From: Neodothiora populina
Lineage: Eukaryota
Direction of reading: 5' to 3'
Length of the DNA: 64,000 nucleotides
Assembly (NCBI RefSeq): GCF_041146345.1
Contig: NW_027191406.1
Location: 310,001 to 374,000, forward strand
Shown here: positions 13,486 through 26,010 of the stretch, piece after piece
How the letters are laid out: each line of letters opens with the position of its first letter
How positions within the stretch are numbered: the stretch's first letter is position 1
Translations under genes and position numbers: made by a program
The notes under the pieces: model-generated
What the model saw: the letters and a program-made list of their open reading frames with translations, nothing else
The model's database searches: none
Told to the model about the DNA's origin: nothing

Positions 13486-13516
13486 GTATGCTTAGGGTAC
13501 GGTATGCTTAGGGTAC
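13486..13516. repeat. Direct duplication of GTATGCTTAGGGTAC in the PKA 3' region
   Basis: Exact 15-mer at 13486-13500 and 13502-13516. Confidence 0.85.
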
Positions 13517-14194
13517 AGTGTTGACACATGTTACGACCACGCCTACATGTATGAGACAAATGGTGTTGAATGGCTATATATCATAATGCTCGGTCACGCT
13601 GGAGTCGATCAAACGAATCCTAGGATACGATGCGTACACGTGGGGTTGAAATAGGGCGGAGGCAGAACAAGAAAAGGACATTGTTGTGGGGTCTGTCGTG
13701 TGCGCCGCATGGGAAGGTCTTGCAGGTCGACAGACGACTTGATGCTTTGGCTATTGTGATAAATCAGAAAAGACCTTCGTTCAAATCTCGACATTCGATA
13801 TACATTGAGTGGACCACCACGATATCTGGATAGTGAGGTGGTTAGCAAAGTTCTATTATTGCTCAACCTGTCCTGCATACAGACCGAACTCGTACAAAGG
13901 GTGAGGTGACAAGACGACGCTGCCTTGGACTGATATTAAGCCGAGTCTTGGCTTGCATCATTCGCCAAACTTAGTTCACGACCAACACTCACGACAAGGC
14001 TTGACGAGGCGATATACGATGATTAACCAAGCCCCGGCCGACCATCGTGCACCTTTCGCCGCTTCTGACAGGACCGCCATGATGGTATTGCTCGAGACCC
14101 AAGAGGTTGCGTTCTGGGAGCGAAGGCGTAATCCATAAGAGCAACAAGAAGCATCTAAACCTCTTGTATCCCGCATCATATCATTATATCCTCC

Positions 14195-16042
14195 ATGACG
14201 GCGGTGAAGGCGATAACGAAACGTGAGCGATGGTCTCGGATCATTGCGCCGTTTCGTTCGAATGCCCGACTTGAACCATTTCGATTACTCAAGCAGGATA
14301 TACGAAACATCAGACATCGATATATCAGCGACTGGTCGACGTTCAACCAACTCATCTTCGCCAGTGCGGTTTACGTCTTTTTCACCAATCTTCTTCCAGG
14401 GATAACATTCGCCTCTGACCTATATGTTCTCACTGGCCAGCAATGGGGTACCATTGAGGTCGTTTTCTCTACTGGACTATGCGGCGTCATCTTCAGCCTC
14501 TTTTCCATCCAACCTTTGACTATACTGGGTGTTACTGGGCCGTTCTCTGTCCTCGCCGAAAACATATATTCGCTATGTATAGAATCTTTCAACATACCTT
14601 TTTTGCCATTCATGGCATGGAGTCTGATTCATTCTTGTTGGATGCACTGGATCCTGGCCATATTTAATGCGCACGACTGGACCATGTGTTATGTCACTGA
14701 ATTTACTGCGGAGATATTCTCTTTGCTGAACAGTATCATCTACTTTCACAAAGCAGTGCAGGAACTGGAGCGAGCGCATGCTTCGGTTGATTTTGCCTCC
14801 TTCCTCTATGCGATCATCGGCGCGTGTGGGACTTTCCTCCTGGCACTGTTTCTGAGTACCGCGGACAGTTGGAAACCGCTGTTCCATCGTTATATTCGTA
14901 TGGGACTGCGCGAGTATGCCGCTGCGATCAGTATTATATTTTTCATCGGCATCCCTTACGCAGGTGAACTTGCGCATCTGGACAAAGACACGCTAAATGT
15001 TAGCACAACTTTCAGGCCAACCAGCCCGGATAGATCTATCTTCTTCGTGCGGTTCTGGGAGCTGCCCGTTGGCTGGATCTTCGCAGCAATTATACCAGGG
15101 GCCATTATTACTATTTTGTTTTTCTTTGATCATGAAGTCAGCAGCATTATCTGCACCATTGATCGATATGGTACGCGGAAGCCGGGTGGCTTTGCTTGGG
15201 ATATCGTCCTCTTAGGAGCAACCACTGCCTTGTGTGGTATATTGGGTATACCTCCAGCCAACGGACTCCTACCGCAGGCACCGTTACATTCGGAAAGCTT
15301 GTTACACGACGAATCAGAGGAGCGGATGGTTATCACCGGAGATGATACAGAAAGAGTCGAGCAAAAAGTGGTGCGCAGAGTATATGAGCAGCGTTGGAGT
15401 ACGTTCCTACAGGCAGGGGCGATTCTGGTCTTCGTGAGCCCTCCATTCATGCATGTCTTGGGCTTGACACCCACCAGCGTATTGGCTGGGTTGTTCATGT
15501 TCATGGGAGAGCAAAGCCTTTCAGTAAAGTTTGAGATACCCCGGCCCGCGATGAAAAGAGTGTCACATTACTAACTATATTCCAGTCCTATACTGTATCG
15601 CACATTCCACATGCTCACACCACCGTCGGAGTTACCTAAGCTCCCAAAGACGGTAGCGTCTTACTGGCCTATACACGCCTATACCCTGACGCAAATCGTT
15701 CTCACAGCTGGCGTGTTTATAGTCACACTGACGGTGGCCGGACCGGCATTTCCGGTCATTATTATCTTGCTGGTTCCTGTACGACTGTTCGTGCTGAACA
15801 AGATCTGGAATCGCGAGACTCTTCGATATGTCGATAGTTGGGCCTGCCGCGATGGAACGCCCGAGGGCACGGAGGATGAGAAGATGATGGAGAAGGCCAG
15901 GTTAGAGCATGTGCATAGCACTGCCTACACTGATGAGACTCGAGTGCCGATGGACGAGGAGAATGCGATCGATGCGATTGGCATCTCACACGATAATGAT
16001 GTCCAGCTGACGGTTGAACATGGCATGTCAGAGAAGCGATAA
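14195..16042 (+). CDS. HCO3-/borate transporter (SLC4/Bor1 family)
   Basis: Multi-pass membrane protein with motifs YISDW, FFTNLLPGITF, QPLTILGVTGP, LFFFDH, NGLLPQAPLHS and VYEQRWS. Intron 15529-15585. Confidence 0.9.
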
Positions 16043-16524
16043 CGATGATTACATAGACTATATTTCGCAATGGTCATTGACGATATTATGGACTGTACAG
16101 TAATTACCACGGATGGCTACCCATCCGTATCCGTAGGAGAGCAACATTTGTGCAAAGAAGTCCTGAGCCTCGGCTCGCCCTCCCACCGACGATCATCTGC
16201 GACGAAGCCGAGTGGGCGACAATCGTCATGGTCCCACGTCAGCGTCAGTGGGGGGGAAGTATTGGGATAATTTGACGACGAGTTTCACAGTCAGTCCGGC
16301 CGGACTGCCTTTGACCCATGAGTCTTTATATTGCGGGTGTCGTGACCTCCGTGGAATAAAGTCCGAGGTCGTACGACTTGATAGACGCTTTTCCACCTAC
16401 TTTGACATGTGCATCTACGAGACTTTGGTTCATATAGGCGAATATAAATATCAACAATCGACCTCGACACTAATCTAGGACTTTTACAACTCACATTATA
16501 CACATAAGATCACTCACATCCACA

Positions 16525-17208
16525 ATGCTCACCGTCCACCACCTCCAAGTCTCGCAGTCCGAGCGCCTAGTCTGGCTCTGCGAAGAACTCAACATCCCCT
16601 ACGACCTGAAGATCCACAAGCGCGACCCAATCTTCTCACCGCAATCAATCAAAGACCTGCACGCGCTCGGCACAGCGCCCATAATCCAAGACGGCGACCT
16701 AACACTATCCGAGACAGCGGCATGCGCAGAATGGATCATGTACAAGCACGGCAACGGCCGCCTCGCACTGCCGCCCAACCACGCCAACTACGCCGACTAC
16801 CTGTTCTTCTTCCACTTCAGCCAGGGATCCCTACAGCCCATGATCGGGCGGCTCATGGTGCTGCAACTCGCAGGCGTGGGAGCAGACAACCCGACGGCGA
16901 AGACGATGCATCACAAAATGGCGCAGCAGCTGAAATACCTCGACGACCACCTGGAAAAGCCGCACAACACCTGGCTCGCGGGCCAGGACTTCTCCGCCGC
17001 GGATATCATGACCGTCTTCACGCTGACGACCATGCGCTCGCTTTACTCGCTGGATCTGTCAGAGTATAAGAATGTGCTGGCGTGGTTGGGTCGCTGCACG
17101 AAGAGAGAGGCTTATGTGCGCGCGCACGAGAAGGGCGATCCCGGCTTGGAGCTCATGATCGATGGGCCTGCGCCGCCGAATTTTTTGGCCAAGGCGTCGA
17201 AGATGTAG
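16525..17208 (+). CDS. Glutathione S-transferase (GTT1-like)
   Basis: HHLQVSQSERLVWLCEEL, LGTAPII, LSETAAC and FSAADIM. No introns. TATAAATA at about 16444. Confidence 0.9.
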   Translation: MLTVHHLQVSQSERLVWLCEELNIPYDLKIHKRDPIFSPQSIKDLHALGTAPIIQDGDLTLSETAACAEWIMYKHGNGRLALPPNHANYADYLFFFHFSQGSLQPMIGRLMVLQLAGVGADNPTAKTMHHKMAQQLKYLDDHLEKPHNTWLAGQDFSAADIMTVFTLTTMRSLYSLDLSEYKNVLAWLGRCTKREAYVRAHEKGDPGLELMIDGPAPPNFLAKASKM

Positions 17209-17782
17209 AGGGCATGTTTAGATTGCGTTCGTTGTTCTGCATTTGCGCAGGTGTGGTGGGGTAGATGGGTTTCTGTGCGTATAAATCCCTACCTGCCTGT
17301 TTCTATGGAGGGGCTGAGAAGGGTAGGGGGGAAGCCGCGCACAGCAGGTGTGGGGTACATACAGTACTGTAACTATAATCACATAAAGAGTACGTAACAT
17401 ATATTTCTCATGGTGCGTGTTTCGGCGGGACCTCAAACACAGACGGCGTTCTGTCCCTTGAGTTTGCAATAGATCTAGAGTCATTGTACTAGTTTCGTAT
17501 ACAGACGGGCTTTGATCCAACTTCACCATGTCAATCTTGCTCATGTCGCCTTGTGTCTCGTTTCTCGGTTGCAAGTGCCGCGATGCTACAGCACACCGAA
17601 AATGTTACTGACAAACACTTCACCGTAACAGCAGCGATTGATTTTTAGGGAAAGTCAGCGGCGAAGAAGTTGGGTTGGAACAAGGCTGACTTGCGCCAAA
17701 CAAAATGCTCGAAAAAAGGATTTCAATCATCAATCATATCTAACGTTTTTCGTCTTCCCCCTCCCTGTATCCTCGTCTCCTC

Positions 17783-19393
17783 TCAGAAGCCCTGCTGCCT
17801 ATGCCACTTCTCTTCCCAGCCAGCATAGTAGGGGTACTCGTCCAGCGAGTGCGGCTGCCAGTTCTTGTCCACGAGGCCTTTTTCGATCTGCTCCTTCTCG
17901 TACTCCTCCATGGCGGGGATGACGACGTGCTCCGTGTGCCACGTGCCCTTGTAGTCCATCAGACTCTTCTTGCCTTCACGGAGAAGCTTGAGCATCAACG
18001 TCGGGATATGGGGCTCGTCGCGGAATTCGGTGACTGGAGTGAACAAAGCCTTGAAGTTGAAGACGACGGCGCCCGACAGAGGGAGACGACGCAGCGTCTG
18101 CCAGTCAACACGGAGGTTGGCGCGGGAGACGTCGTGGGTAGGGTCTTGCTGCTCGCGGAGCTTCTCGTGAGGGTCACCGGGAGGCATGAACAGCGGCTCG
18201 TCGATCTCGAGACCCCAGGAACCACGTTGGATGGGCTTTTCACACGGTTTCTTGGAGAAATATCTGCGGCTTGCTGTCAGTGGGATTGTTCGATCTCCTC
18301 AAAATCTGGCAGGGATCCAACATACCTGTCCATTGAAAACTCCATCTTCTCCTTGTAGTCGGGAATCGGCTTGTGGATCTGCTTGAGATCCATGCCGATC
18401 TTGGTGTCGACATTCCATCCGAGCGAACTGCAAACCGTGCCGGCGCGGAAAGTGTAGAAGCCTGTCTCGGGGTCTCTGAACACCATGGCGAAGTCCTCGG
18501 GTACGTTGTTCAACAGTACGTTCAGCGGTGGCATGCTGTTGAGGTCGGTCTCGGTCTTCAGGATGCCATTGTGGAAGATCAGTTTCTCCTTGTCGATTCG
18601 GAAGTATTGCGGGTATCTCGCGCAGAGGAACTGAAGAGCCATCTCCATCAACTCTTTGCAGGCGATCTCAGTACCAGGGAGCGCTTGGAGCACCATCTTG
18701 CCGTACTTGGCGTAGAGGTCCTGTCTTTGCTTGACACGGCGGGCATAGTTGTTCTCAAGTTCGAGCCACCAATCCTTCTCCATCTTCTTGAAGGCTGCGA
18801 TTGTAAGGTCAGATTGGGATCACTCTCAGCAACAATCGGGAAAACTTACACATAGTCTGATGGTAGGCCCATCGGAGCGGTCTAAAAGGTCTCGCCTTGG
18901 CAGTGTTGATGTCGAACTCGGGATATGCCTCAGGAAGAGGAACTCCGCTCAGGGCGGCGTAATCAGGGAAGTTACCAAGAGCCTTGACCTCGGCACCGGT
19001 GAAGCCAGTGGGAGTGAATTTATCATCGTTGGAAGGGGCGAAGTTGTCGGTCTTGTCGGACATGATCTTGGAGATATCGACGGGAAGCTTGCTCAGTTCC
19101 TCTCCAGACTTGCCATCAACGGAGAAGGTCTTGTCGCTGATGTCGGCCAGGGCTGGACGCCTACTCGGGGGGAAAGTGTACAGGTATTCCTTGCCCTCCG
19201 GAGGCTCGTTCTCTGGTAATCCCTGCTTGGCCGGTGATAACGAGCGCGGCGGCGTCAACGATTCTCTGGCTCTTGATCTTCGCAGCTGGAATCTGCATAG
19301 GATCTGATCGATTTGCTTTTCATTGATGGCGAAGTACGAAAAAGCACCAATTGCCAGCGCGAGGCCGACGAGCACAACATACGGACTCGTCAT
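17783..19393 (-). CDS. DUF3445 / heme-dependent oxidative N-demethylase alpha-subunit-like protein with N-terminal transmembrane segment
   Basis: RPFRPLRWAYHQTM, DWWLELE, VPEDF, IHKPIPDY and LRVDWQTLRRLPLSGAVVF. Introns 18849-18795 and 18325-18264. Confidence 0.85.
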
Positions 19394-20382
19394 GATGGGT
19401 CTCTTTTGCTGGTGGGGAATATGAACAGGGAAACAGTAAGTGGAAGGACAAAGAGGAAGTAATTAGACGTCAATGGCTATCGGAGCTTGCTCCAAGGTGG
19501 GTTTCTCAACAGAACTTATCCCTTCGCAGACCGAGATAGATAACTAGATCAAGATAGAGGAACAAACCTTGGACAGACGGCCGGTAGTAGCATATATATA
19601 AAGCAAGCAATGGCAAGCGATGTCGACAAGACAGAGACACACATTGCGGCACAGGGCACGGTAGAAGAGAGATATGCAATCATCCTCAGGTGACAAGATT
19701 GAGTTACCTTACCTGTATTCGGATAGCGAATGGGACTGAGGATCGTGATGCCTATCTCGAGCCAGTCAGACTTGGGTAGGCCTCTAGTAGGTCGTGACGG
19801 AAAGCGGTTACATGGGGCAAGTCAACCAAGACCACTTGCGGGGCGGGCACATGTCGCCCGCCAGAGCATGATAGAGAGAGGCACGGGAAAGCGTTGCCCG
19901 ATTAGGCAATATATCTAGCACCTTTGGCCAAGCTTTCTTCGCACCCAACCCGCAACGGCAACGGGGCAGGGCAGTGTAGACTTGGACTCAGGGATACAGA
20001 CAAACGAGAAATAGCCAAGCAAGGAAGCAGGTGGGGCAAGTGACGACTGAGGTAAGGCAAGGTAAGGCAATGCAAGATACGGTACGGAGAGATACCCTTG
20101 CCAATTGTTACTGTAAGGCCACGCCCAAGCATGAGGTGCATACAGCCTCAAGAGGGAGACAAAAACGCGGGGGTGCAGCTCAGCTGCGGCTTTCCCTCCA
20201 TCTCGAATCTCTACAGTGACTGTGTCACTTTTGGGCAGTCGCATAATTAATCGTAAGCTACGAAGGCAAAAAGGGCCCGGCAGATACCTTATCCCCAAAA
20301 AAACCCTCAGCCCCTCTTTCTGATCAACAAATACCATTTGATAACAAACACTCATATCGCCCCCTTTTGTCTTTTATAAATC

Positions 20383-21196
20383 ATGGCTGACGCCGATCTT
20401 GAAGAGGTAAGTGAGAACACTGTACACAAAGAAAAATAATCCGATTACCATATATCTCAAACCCTTCCAACCCCACCACTCCATCATGTAGTCCCTCCCT
20501 CCAGCGCTATACCACGAACGAGAAAAAAAGAACAAAGTACATCTCAAAACTCACACGAAATGCACTAAACCCAGATCCGCCGCGCGCGCATGGCGCAACT
20601 GCGCCAACAGCAAGGAGGCAGCAAGAGCGGAGGTGGTGGTGGTGGTGGTGGCGGTGAAGGACCATCAGACGAGCAGAAACAACAGGGTACATATCTCCAA
20701 TCTCTTGAACCCTCCCTCCCTGCCCCTGGACCTGGTTCCCGCGACAAGATCTGTCGCCATGCAGGATGAAGAGAGGATCCCGCCGCTACATAGGCAGAGC
20801 CCGAGAAGGATGAGCTGCGAAACAGCTGCACCACACCCCACTGCAAAAGGCCACAGCGACTCAACAAGCAATTTCTTTCTGACCTTTCTCTGAACCCCAA
20901 CAGCAGCGTCGGAAGCGCGCGCCTCAATGCTCTCCCAAATCCTCGAACCCGCCGCGGCAGACCGCCTGGGGCGTATCCGCCTCGTGAAAGCCTCTCGCGC
21001 CGAAGACGTCGAGAACCGGCTGATCATGCTTGCGCGCAGCGGGCAGCTGCGTCAGAAAGTCAACGAAGAACAGCTGAAAGATATCCTGGGCGCCGTGTCG
21101 GATCAGCAGAAGGAGCAGGAGACGGTCAAGGTGCAGAGACGAAAGGGGGGCTGGGATGATGATGATTTGGATGATTTGTTGAATGAGGATATATGA
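20383..21196 (+). CDS. PDCD5-like dsDNA-binding protein
   Basis: MADADLEE|IRRARMAQL...LSQILEPAAADRLGRIRLVK. Introns 20407-20574 and 20687-20903 (CAGCAG tandem acceptor). Confidence 0.92.
20725..20838 (+). ncRNA. Candidate intronic H/ACA snoRNA
   Basis: Two hairpins. AGAGGA (ANANNA) at 20772-20777 and ACA at 20833-20835 each lie 14 nt after an upper stem. Located in a 217-nt intron. Confidence 0.4.
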
Positions 21197-21717
21197 TTGT
21201 TTGACTGAAGCCCTTTTTGCTGGTGCGTGGAAATGATGGCCATGGTTATGAAGGTGCATTCAGGACTCGGCGTTCCTCGGAATGAATGGGCGTGGCTCTT
21301 TGTGAGACTACAGGGCACAGATACGCATGGAGAGTAGTCGCATTTACAGCTTCCGGCAGAACTCCGTGTTTGGAAGAAGAGCGCGAATCGCTCAAGTCAC
21401 AGACACACTAAAACATTGCAGACCAACGAGCGCAACCCGAAGAGAAGTCGATATTGGCGAAATGGGGGGTATTCTACAAAGCCTCGAAAACTCCGCCAAA
21501 AAAGGGTCTATCCGAGGCAAAGACAGCCCAGACTTCCCATGCAGTACAAGCCAAAAACAGAATCATGCGCCGCCGACGGCGCAATTTTGCATTTCCCTTC
21601 GTTACAGACGTGATCTTTTTATGCCTCCGAACATATTATTAGTAGTGGTAAAGTGGTAAAATCGCAAGGTTGTCGTCCTTGCTGACAGTGCGAGAAGTGA
21701 AGTGGGAATGTTTCCAA

Positions 21718-23801
21718 TCAGTCAAAAGCCCCAGGGATCGTAGAGACTGGGCTGATATGCTCAGGCTCAGGGGGTGATGATTCGGTGTGGTCGGCGGTTG
21801 AAGTAGCTTCGCCGTCTTGTTCTGTGTCATTCGCAGGCGCTGGTAACGTTGCTGATCCAGCCTGACTCGTTTGAGACTTTGGAGTAACAGGCCCATCGAG
21901 ATCCGCGTAAGTCTCGCTTGCTGCAGCTGTCGGGGTAGTAGGCGCTTCGTGGGTTTCCTGGATCGCGGATCGCGCTTCGGAAAAGTCCGCCTCGTCGCTG
22001 TCGAAAACGCTCTCATGCAGCACATGCGAGTCCGAATTTGTTTGGATGCGCAGATCGCTCGGTGGCTTTCTCGTGCCTTCGGCGCCGCCAATGGTTGAGT
22101 GGTCTTTCGAGGTTCGTGCGGTGGGCGAAGAGTCAGAGCTGGTGCTGGTCCTTCGGAGCAGCATTCCCTGACCGCGACGCTGGGGGACGATAGGGCTATC
22201 GTTTCTTGCAGGTGTGGCAGGAACCACTCCTCCACCGAGACGTGCCCAGAACATCTTTTCGCGCAGTCTCACACTTTCCTCCCAAGCACCAGTGAGGTCC
22301 TCGTTGGTCTTGGCTCGCCAGAGACCATCACGGACCATCCTCAAGAAACTCATGAAATCGCAAGTTGCACGGACACGGCCCAGACAATATTCACACAAGG
22401 GATATCGCTGTGCACTGTCGTCTTCGCTCGTGCGAAAGCGATGTCGTCGGGCATGAGCCTCGGTGCGACGCGACTCGCCGCAGAGCGAGCATGCGTATAC
22501 AGCATTGTAGAAACGTGACTGTGGGATGAAGGGCTCCACGACCAGCGTACCCGCAGTTATAGCACCTATCACCGTGCGCCGTGCTAGCCATGACAGTCCA
22601 GGAGCAAGGTCCAGTCGCAGTGCCGGCTCAACGTCCTCGACGAGGCAACGCTTGTAGAATTTGTTGTCTTTCAATGGTGGCAGATTACTTATAAAGCCAG
22701 TGTCTCGCGGCGAAGCTGCTACTCCAGAACTAAAGGAGCCAGGTACATTCGGAGACGAAGAAGCCAGAGGGGCAGAAGAGTTTGAAGCATTGCCGTTGGC
22801 GAATCCGACACCTGAGGAGTCACGGGAATGCGCCGGCACTGCTGCTCGAGAGGTCTTCAGAAATTCGGCAAAATCGTTGTAAGCCTGCACATCGATGCGC
22901 ATGACTGGAGTGATGAGATGTGAAAATCGAAGGGGCTGGTCGGGAGAATAGTCGTTGAAGGCAGGAGCATTAGGAGAGAGCGGGAAATTGTCGAACAGAT
23001 GGCTCATCTTGCCTGCCGTTTCGGGGCCAGGAGTAGACGGTGCGGTCGAAGAGCGAGGCACAGTATCAGGATCGTCTTGGTCGGAGCTCATTCTCTCCAT
23101 GACGTTCTTAAGATCAGCCAGCTGTTCTTGTTGCGAAGCCAGGAGAAGTTCGGTATCGTTGAGTTGTGACCTGAGCTGGGCGTTCTTGCGTTCTGTGGCC
23201 TCGCTTTCTTTTCTTGCAGCAGCGACCATCTGTTGTTTGGAATGTTAGTAAGGCGCCAGGAAAGCAGAAGACGGAGTTGATGTACAGTATTGGCCTCTTC
23301 GAACAAGGCACTCGTGAGAGTCTCGAGCTCGACCTCCATTTCCTTCCTACCCTTTTCGGCCGTGTCCTTTTGCTTGAGCGTCTCGGAAAGCTCTTCGCGC
23401 ATCTCCTTTATCGTCTTGTCCGAGTCGGCTTTCTTGATCAGTATCCCCGTGGTGATCATTCTCAAATAGCGTTCGCACTTTGCCTCAGCTTCGACCAGTC
23501 TGCGTTTGGTGGTTTCGAGCTCGTGCCGTGTCTGCTGCAACATATCATCAAGGCTGGTTTGGTGATTGATCGCATTGATCAGTTTAGTGCTCAGCAGCGC
23601 GACCTCGTTACTCAGATCGGGGTGCTGTGAGTCTGATGGCGGTGGTCGGGGCGACGGGCTTGGTGTACGAGGATCTGGTAAGGTGTTGAGGTCGCCGCTG
23701 TCTAAGTGCATCCTTCCGCGAGGCGGCGTCCCTAACAAGGCCACTTTGGGCAGGTGCGATGCCGATTTGGCCTTGATCAAGGTATTGGCCATGTTGGCCA
23801 T
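21718..23801 (-). CDS. SEC2: Rab GEF Sec2
   Basis: Sec2 coiled coil MEVELETLTSALFEEANT|MVAAAR. Also EDVEPALRLD..PGLSWLARR, CSLCGE, YPLCEYC and LREKMFWAR. Intron 23285-23230. An additional upstream exon cannot be excluded. Confidence 0.9.
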
Positions 23802-26010
23802 GTTCTACCTTGGATCGCTTACTGAAGAGGGGCGTGGAGGAGTTGTAGTGGTAGCAGTAGGAGTTAGTGCTTCTTTGACGGACGATATGTCGCCAACGAG
23901 TTCACGAGAGCCCCAGAATGGGCGATGTTTGGTGGTGGCTGGAAGTTATGGTCGTGACTGCCAATTGCGGGCTGGAAAGTGAAGGTTTGCCGCTATCAGT
24001 GATCCGGACCTGGAAAGAGAATACTAGTAATTGAAGTTGTCTAGACTCGCCATCAATTGCGACAAGTGAGAACGGAGTCAAGTGTAATTAAGAATCTTAT
24101 GGCAATATAGAAGGACAAGAAAACAAAAATGAAAGACACCAAAGTAGAAGTAAAGGTCGTCGAACGATCTGGCGCCGTAAGGTCGAGATACCCTCCGGCT
24201 TAGGGTACAGCAGGTGCAGACGGGATGCATTACTCAAGCGACAGCGGCGCATCCAAGATGACACGGGAGATGATGTAGTGCTCTTGGCACAATGTGGCCC
24301 AACCAGGAAGCACAGAAGGCTCAAAGTGTCCAGGCCTGGTACTTTCAACGGTGCCTCGAGGTACAGCCGCTGTCAACAGTTCCTTGAAGCCTTCCACCTC
24401 TCCCGCTGCGCCGGCATTTCCGAGCCAGTGAAACTCGTACCTGCATCTCTTCTATCCATTGGTATAGCGAAGATGTATGCTACTGATGGCGACATAAATC
24501 TTACTGCACCCTTTGCATACCGGAGTACCGAAGGAGACCCGTGGTAGCCCTCCTGGAGATAGACTATACCGTACTGCTGTTTGGACGGCTTCGTTTAAAC
24601 GAACATGTCCTATTTCGGCACTAATAACGCGATTCATGCTTTCTTTTCCTACAGTTTTCTTTTTTTTTCCTATTCGCTATACTGCTCGACTATACAAGTA
24701 CATACAGTACAAGTCGGCGTTAATCTGAGACACCAATATACTATGCGGGAGATCTGGTTGTCATAGCACTCAGCTGATGCTGCTTGCGCACTGCAAGTTA
24801 TAAATAGCCCTGTCGTATCGTGTCTATATCCAACTCTTGGGCTTGCGTCTATGAGTGGCTTAGAACGAGAAGCGAAGCGTATCTATGCCCCAGTCTTTCG
24901 ACTAACGCCGTCGTCCGTGACGACAGTGTGTACACGACATGGAAACTTGGGACGTACATTGAACACATGGCATGTGAGTCGATCCTCATGGCAGAGCGCA
25001 TCCAATCCCCCTGTGTTTCACACGTGGGTACACTTTACTTGATGGACAATGGTATATATGTTACCGCTCGTCGATTGATCATCAGGCTGTTACACATTTC
25101 ATTGCACCGCTTACCCTGCCATGTTGGATCGCCTTCCTCTCAATAAAGACTGGGGCTTAGAAACCTGCCCGCCGGTGAGTGGGGATGGAATGCTTAGACA
25201 GAGGGAGCCATATTGTCAATTCGACCACGCGCTGTTGCTCTGCGAGAAAGGCTAACGGACAGATCCGAGTATTGCACGACACTATATGGAAAGATTCCAT
25301 TCCTGGCTTCAAATAATTAATGGCGTGCCAGAACCACAAAAACGCCTGTTGCCCTTGGCGTCTTTCTTATGGTGGCCGTGGGGAGATGGTATGCACATCA
25401 GAGTTTGGAAAGTCACCAGCAGGAGTAGATGATTTTCTTCTCGGATGGTCAAGGCGGATCCTTTCAGGCGGAGCTTACACCAGCCAATTGGTCGCAAAAG
25501 ATGCCACGAGAACACAATACAGCTAAGCTGGCTTGGCAAACTCTCTGTAGCTAATCACACTTTGAGCATATCCGGTGAGCACTTGTCGCTGCCAGATATA
25601 GTTCCAATCAAGGAATTCAAAGGTGCAGTGAGACCCAAAAGTATGTCGGCAGTATCTATCTAACAGTATCTCCTTGGGAAATCGAGGGTACCGCTAGCGA
25701 AAAGACTGCTGCTTCGGTCTGGGCACTCGTAAATGGTCAATTTGCTGTAGAGCAATGGAGCAATTGAAGATAAGGTGAGCGCCGTGAGATTGAAGAAGAG
25801 AAGAGAGAGAAGAGACGGGCAGCTTTAAACGCTGCAAAACGCATTTCTTCGCTCGGAGCCAAACCGGGCCGGTACCTTAGTTTGCTGAAAGAAGCAGAAA
25901 AGGCCCTAAGCCCTGCGTCTTGGCGTCCTACATCCATTGTCGAAAAGTTGCCAGAAACGCCCGCAAGCCATACTTGACGAGTTGATTGCGACATATACCA
26001 CTGTGCGAGC

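Noticed and set aside
19500..19560. GATA cluster as AreA sites for the DUF3445 gene
   Set aside because: The sites lie between the TATA-like element and the ATG, and GATA is frequent by chance.
25060..25110. U1 snRNA, suggested by GATCAT and ATTGCAC motifs
   Set aside because: No 5' ATACTTACC, the motifs are not in the expected stem-loops, and no Sm site follows.
25145..25160. RNase MRP CR-V-like GGGGCTTA
   Set aside because: No upstream GAAAGTCCCC partner; the sequence is instead one arm of a plain inverted repeat.
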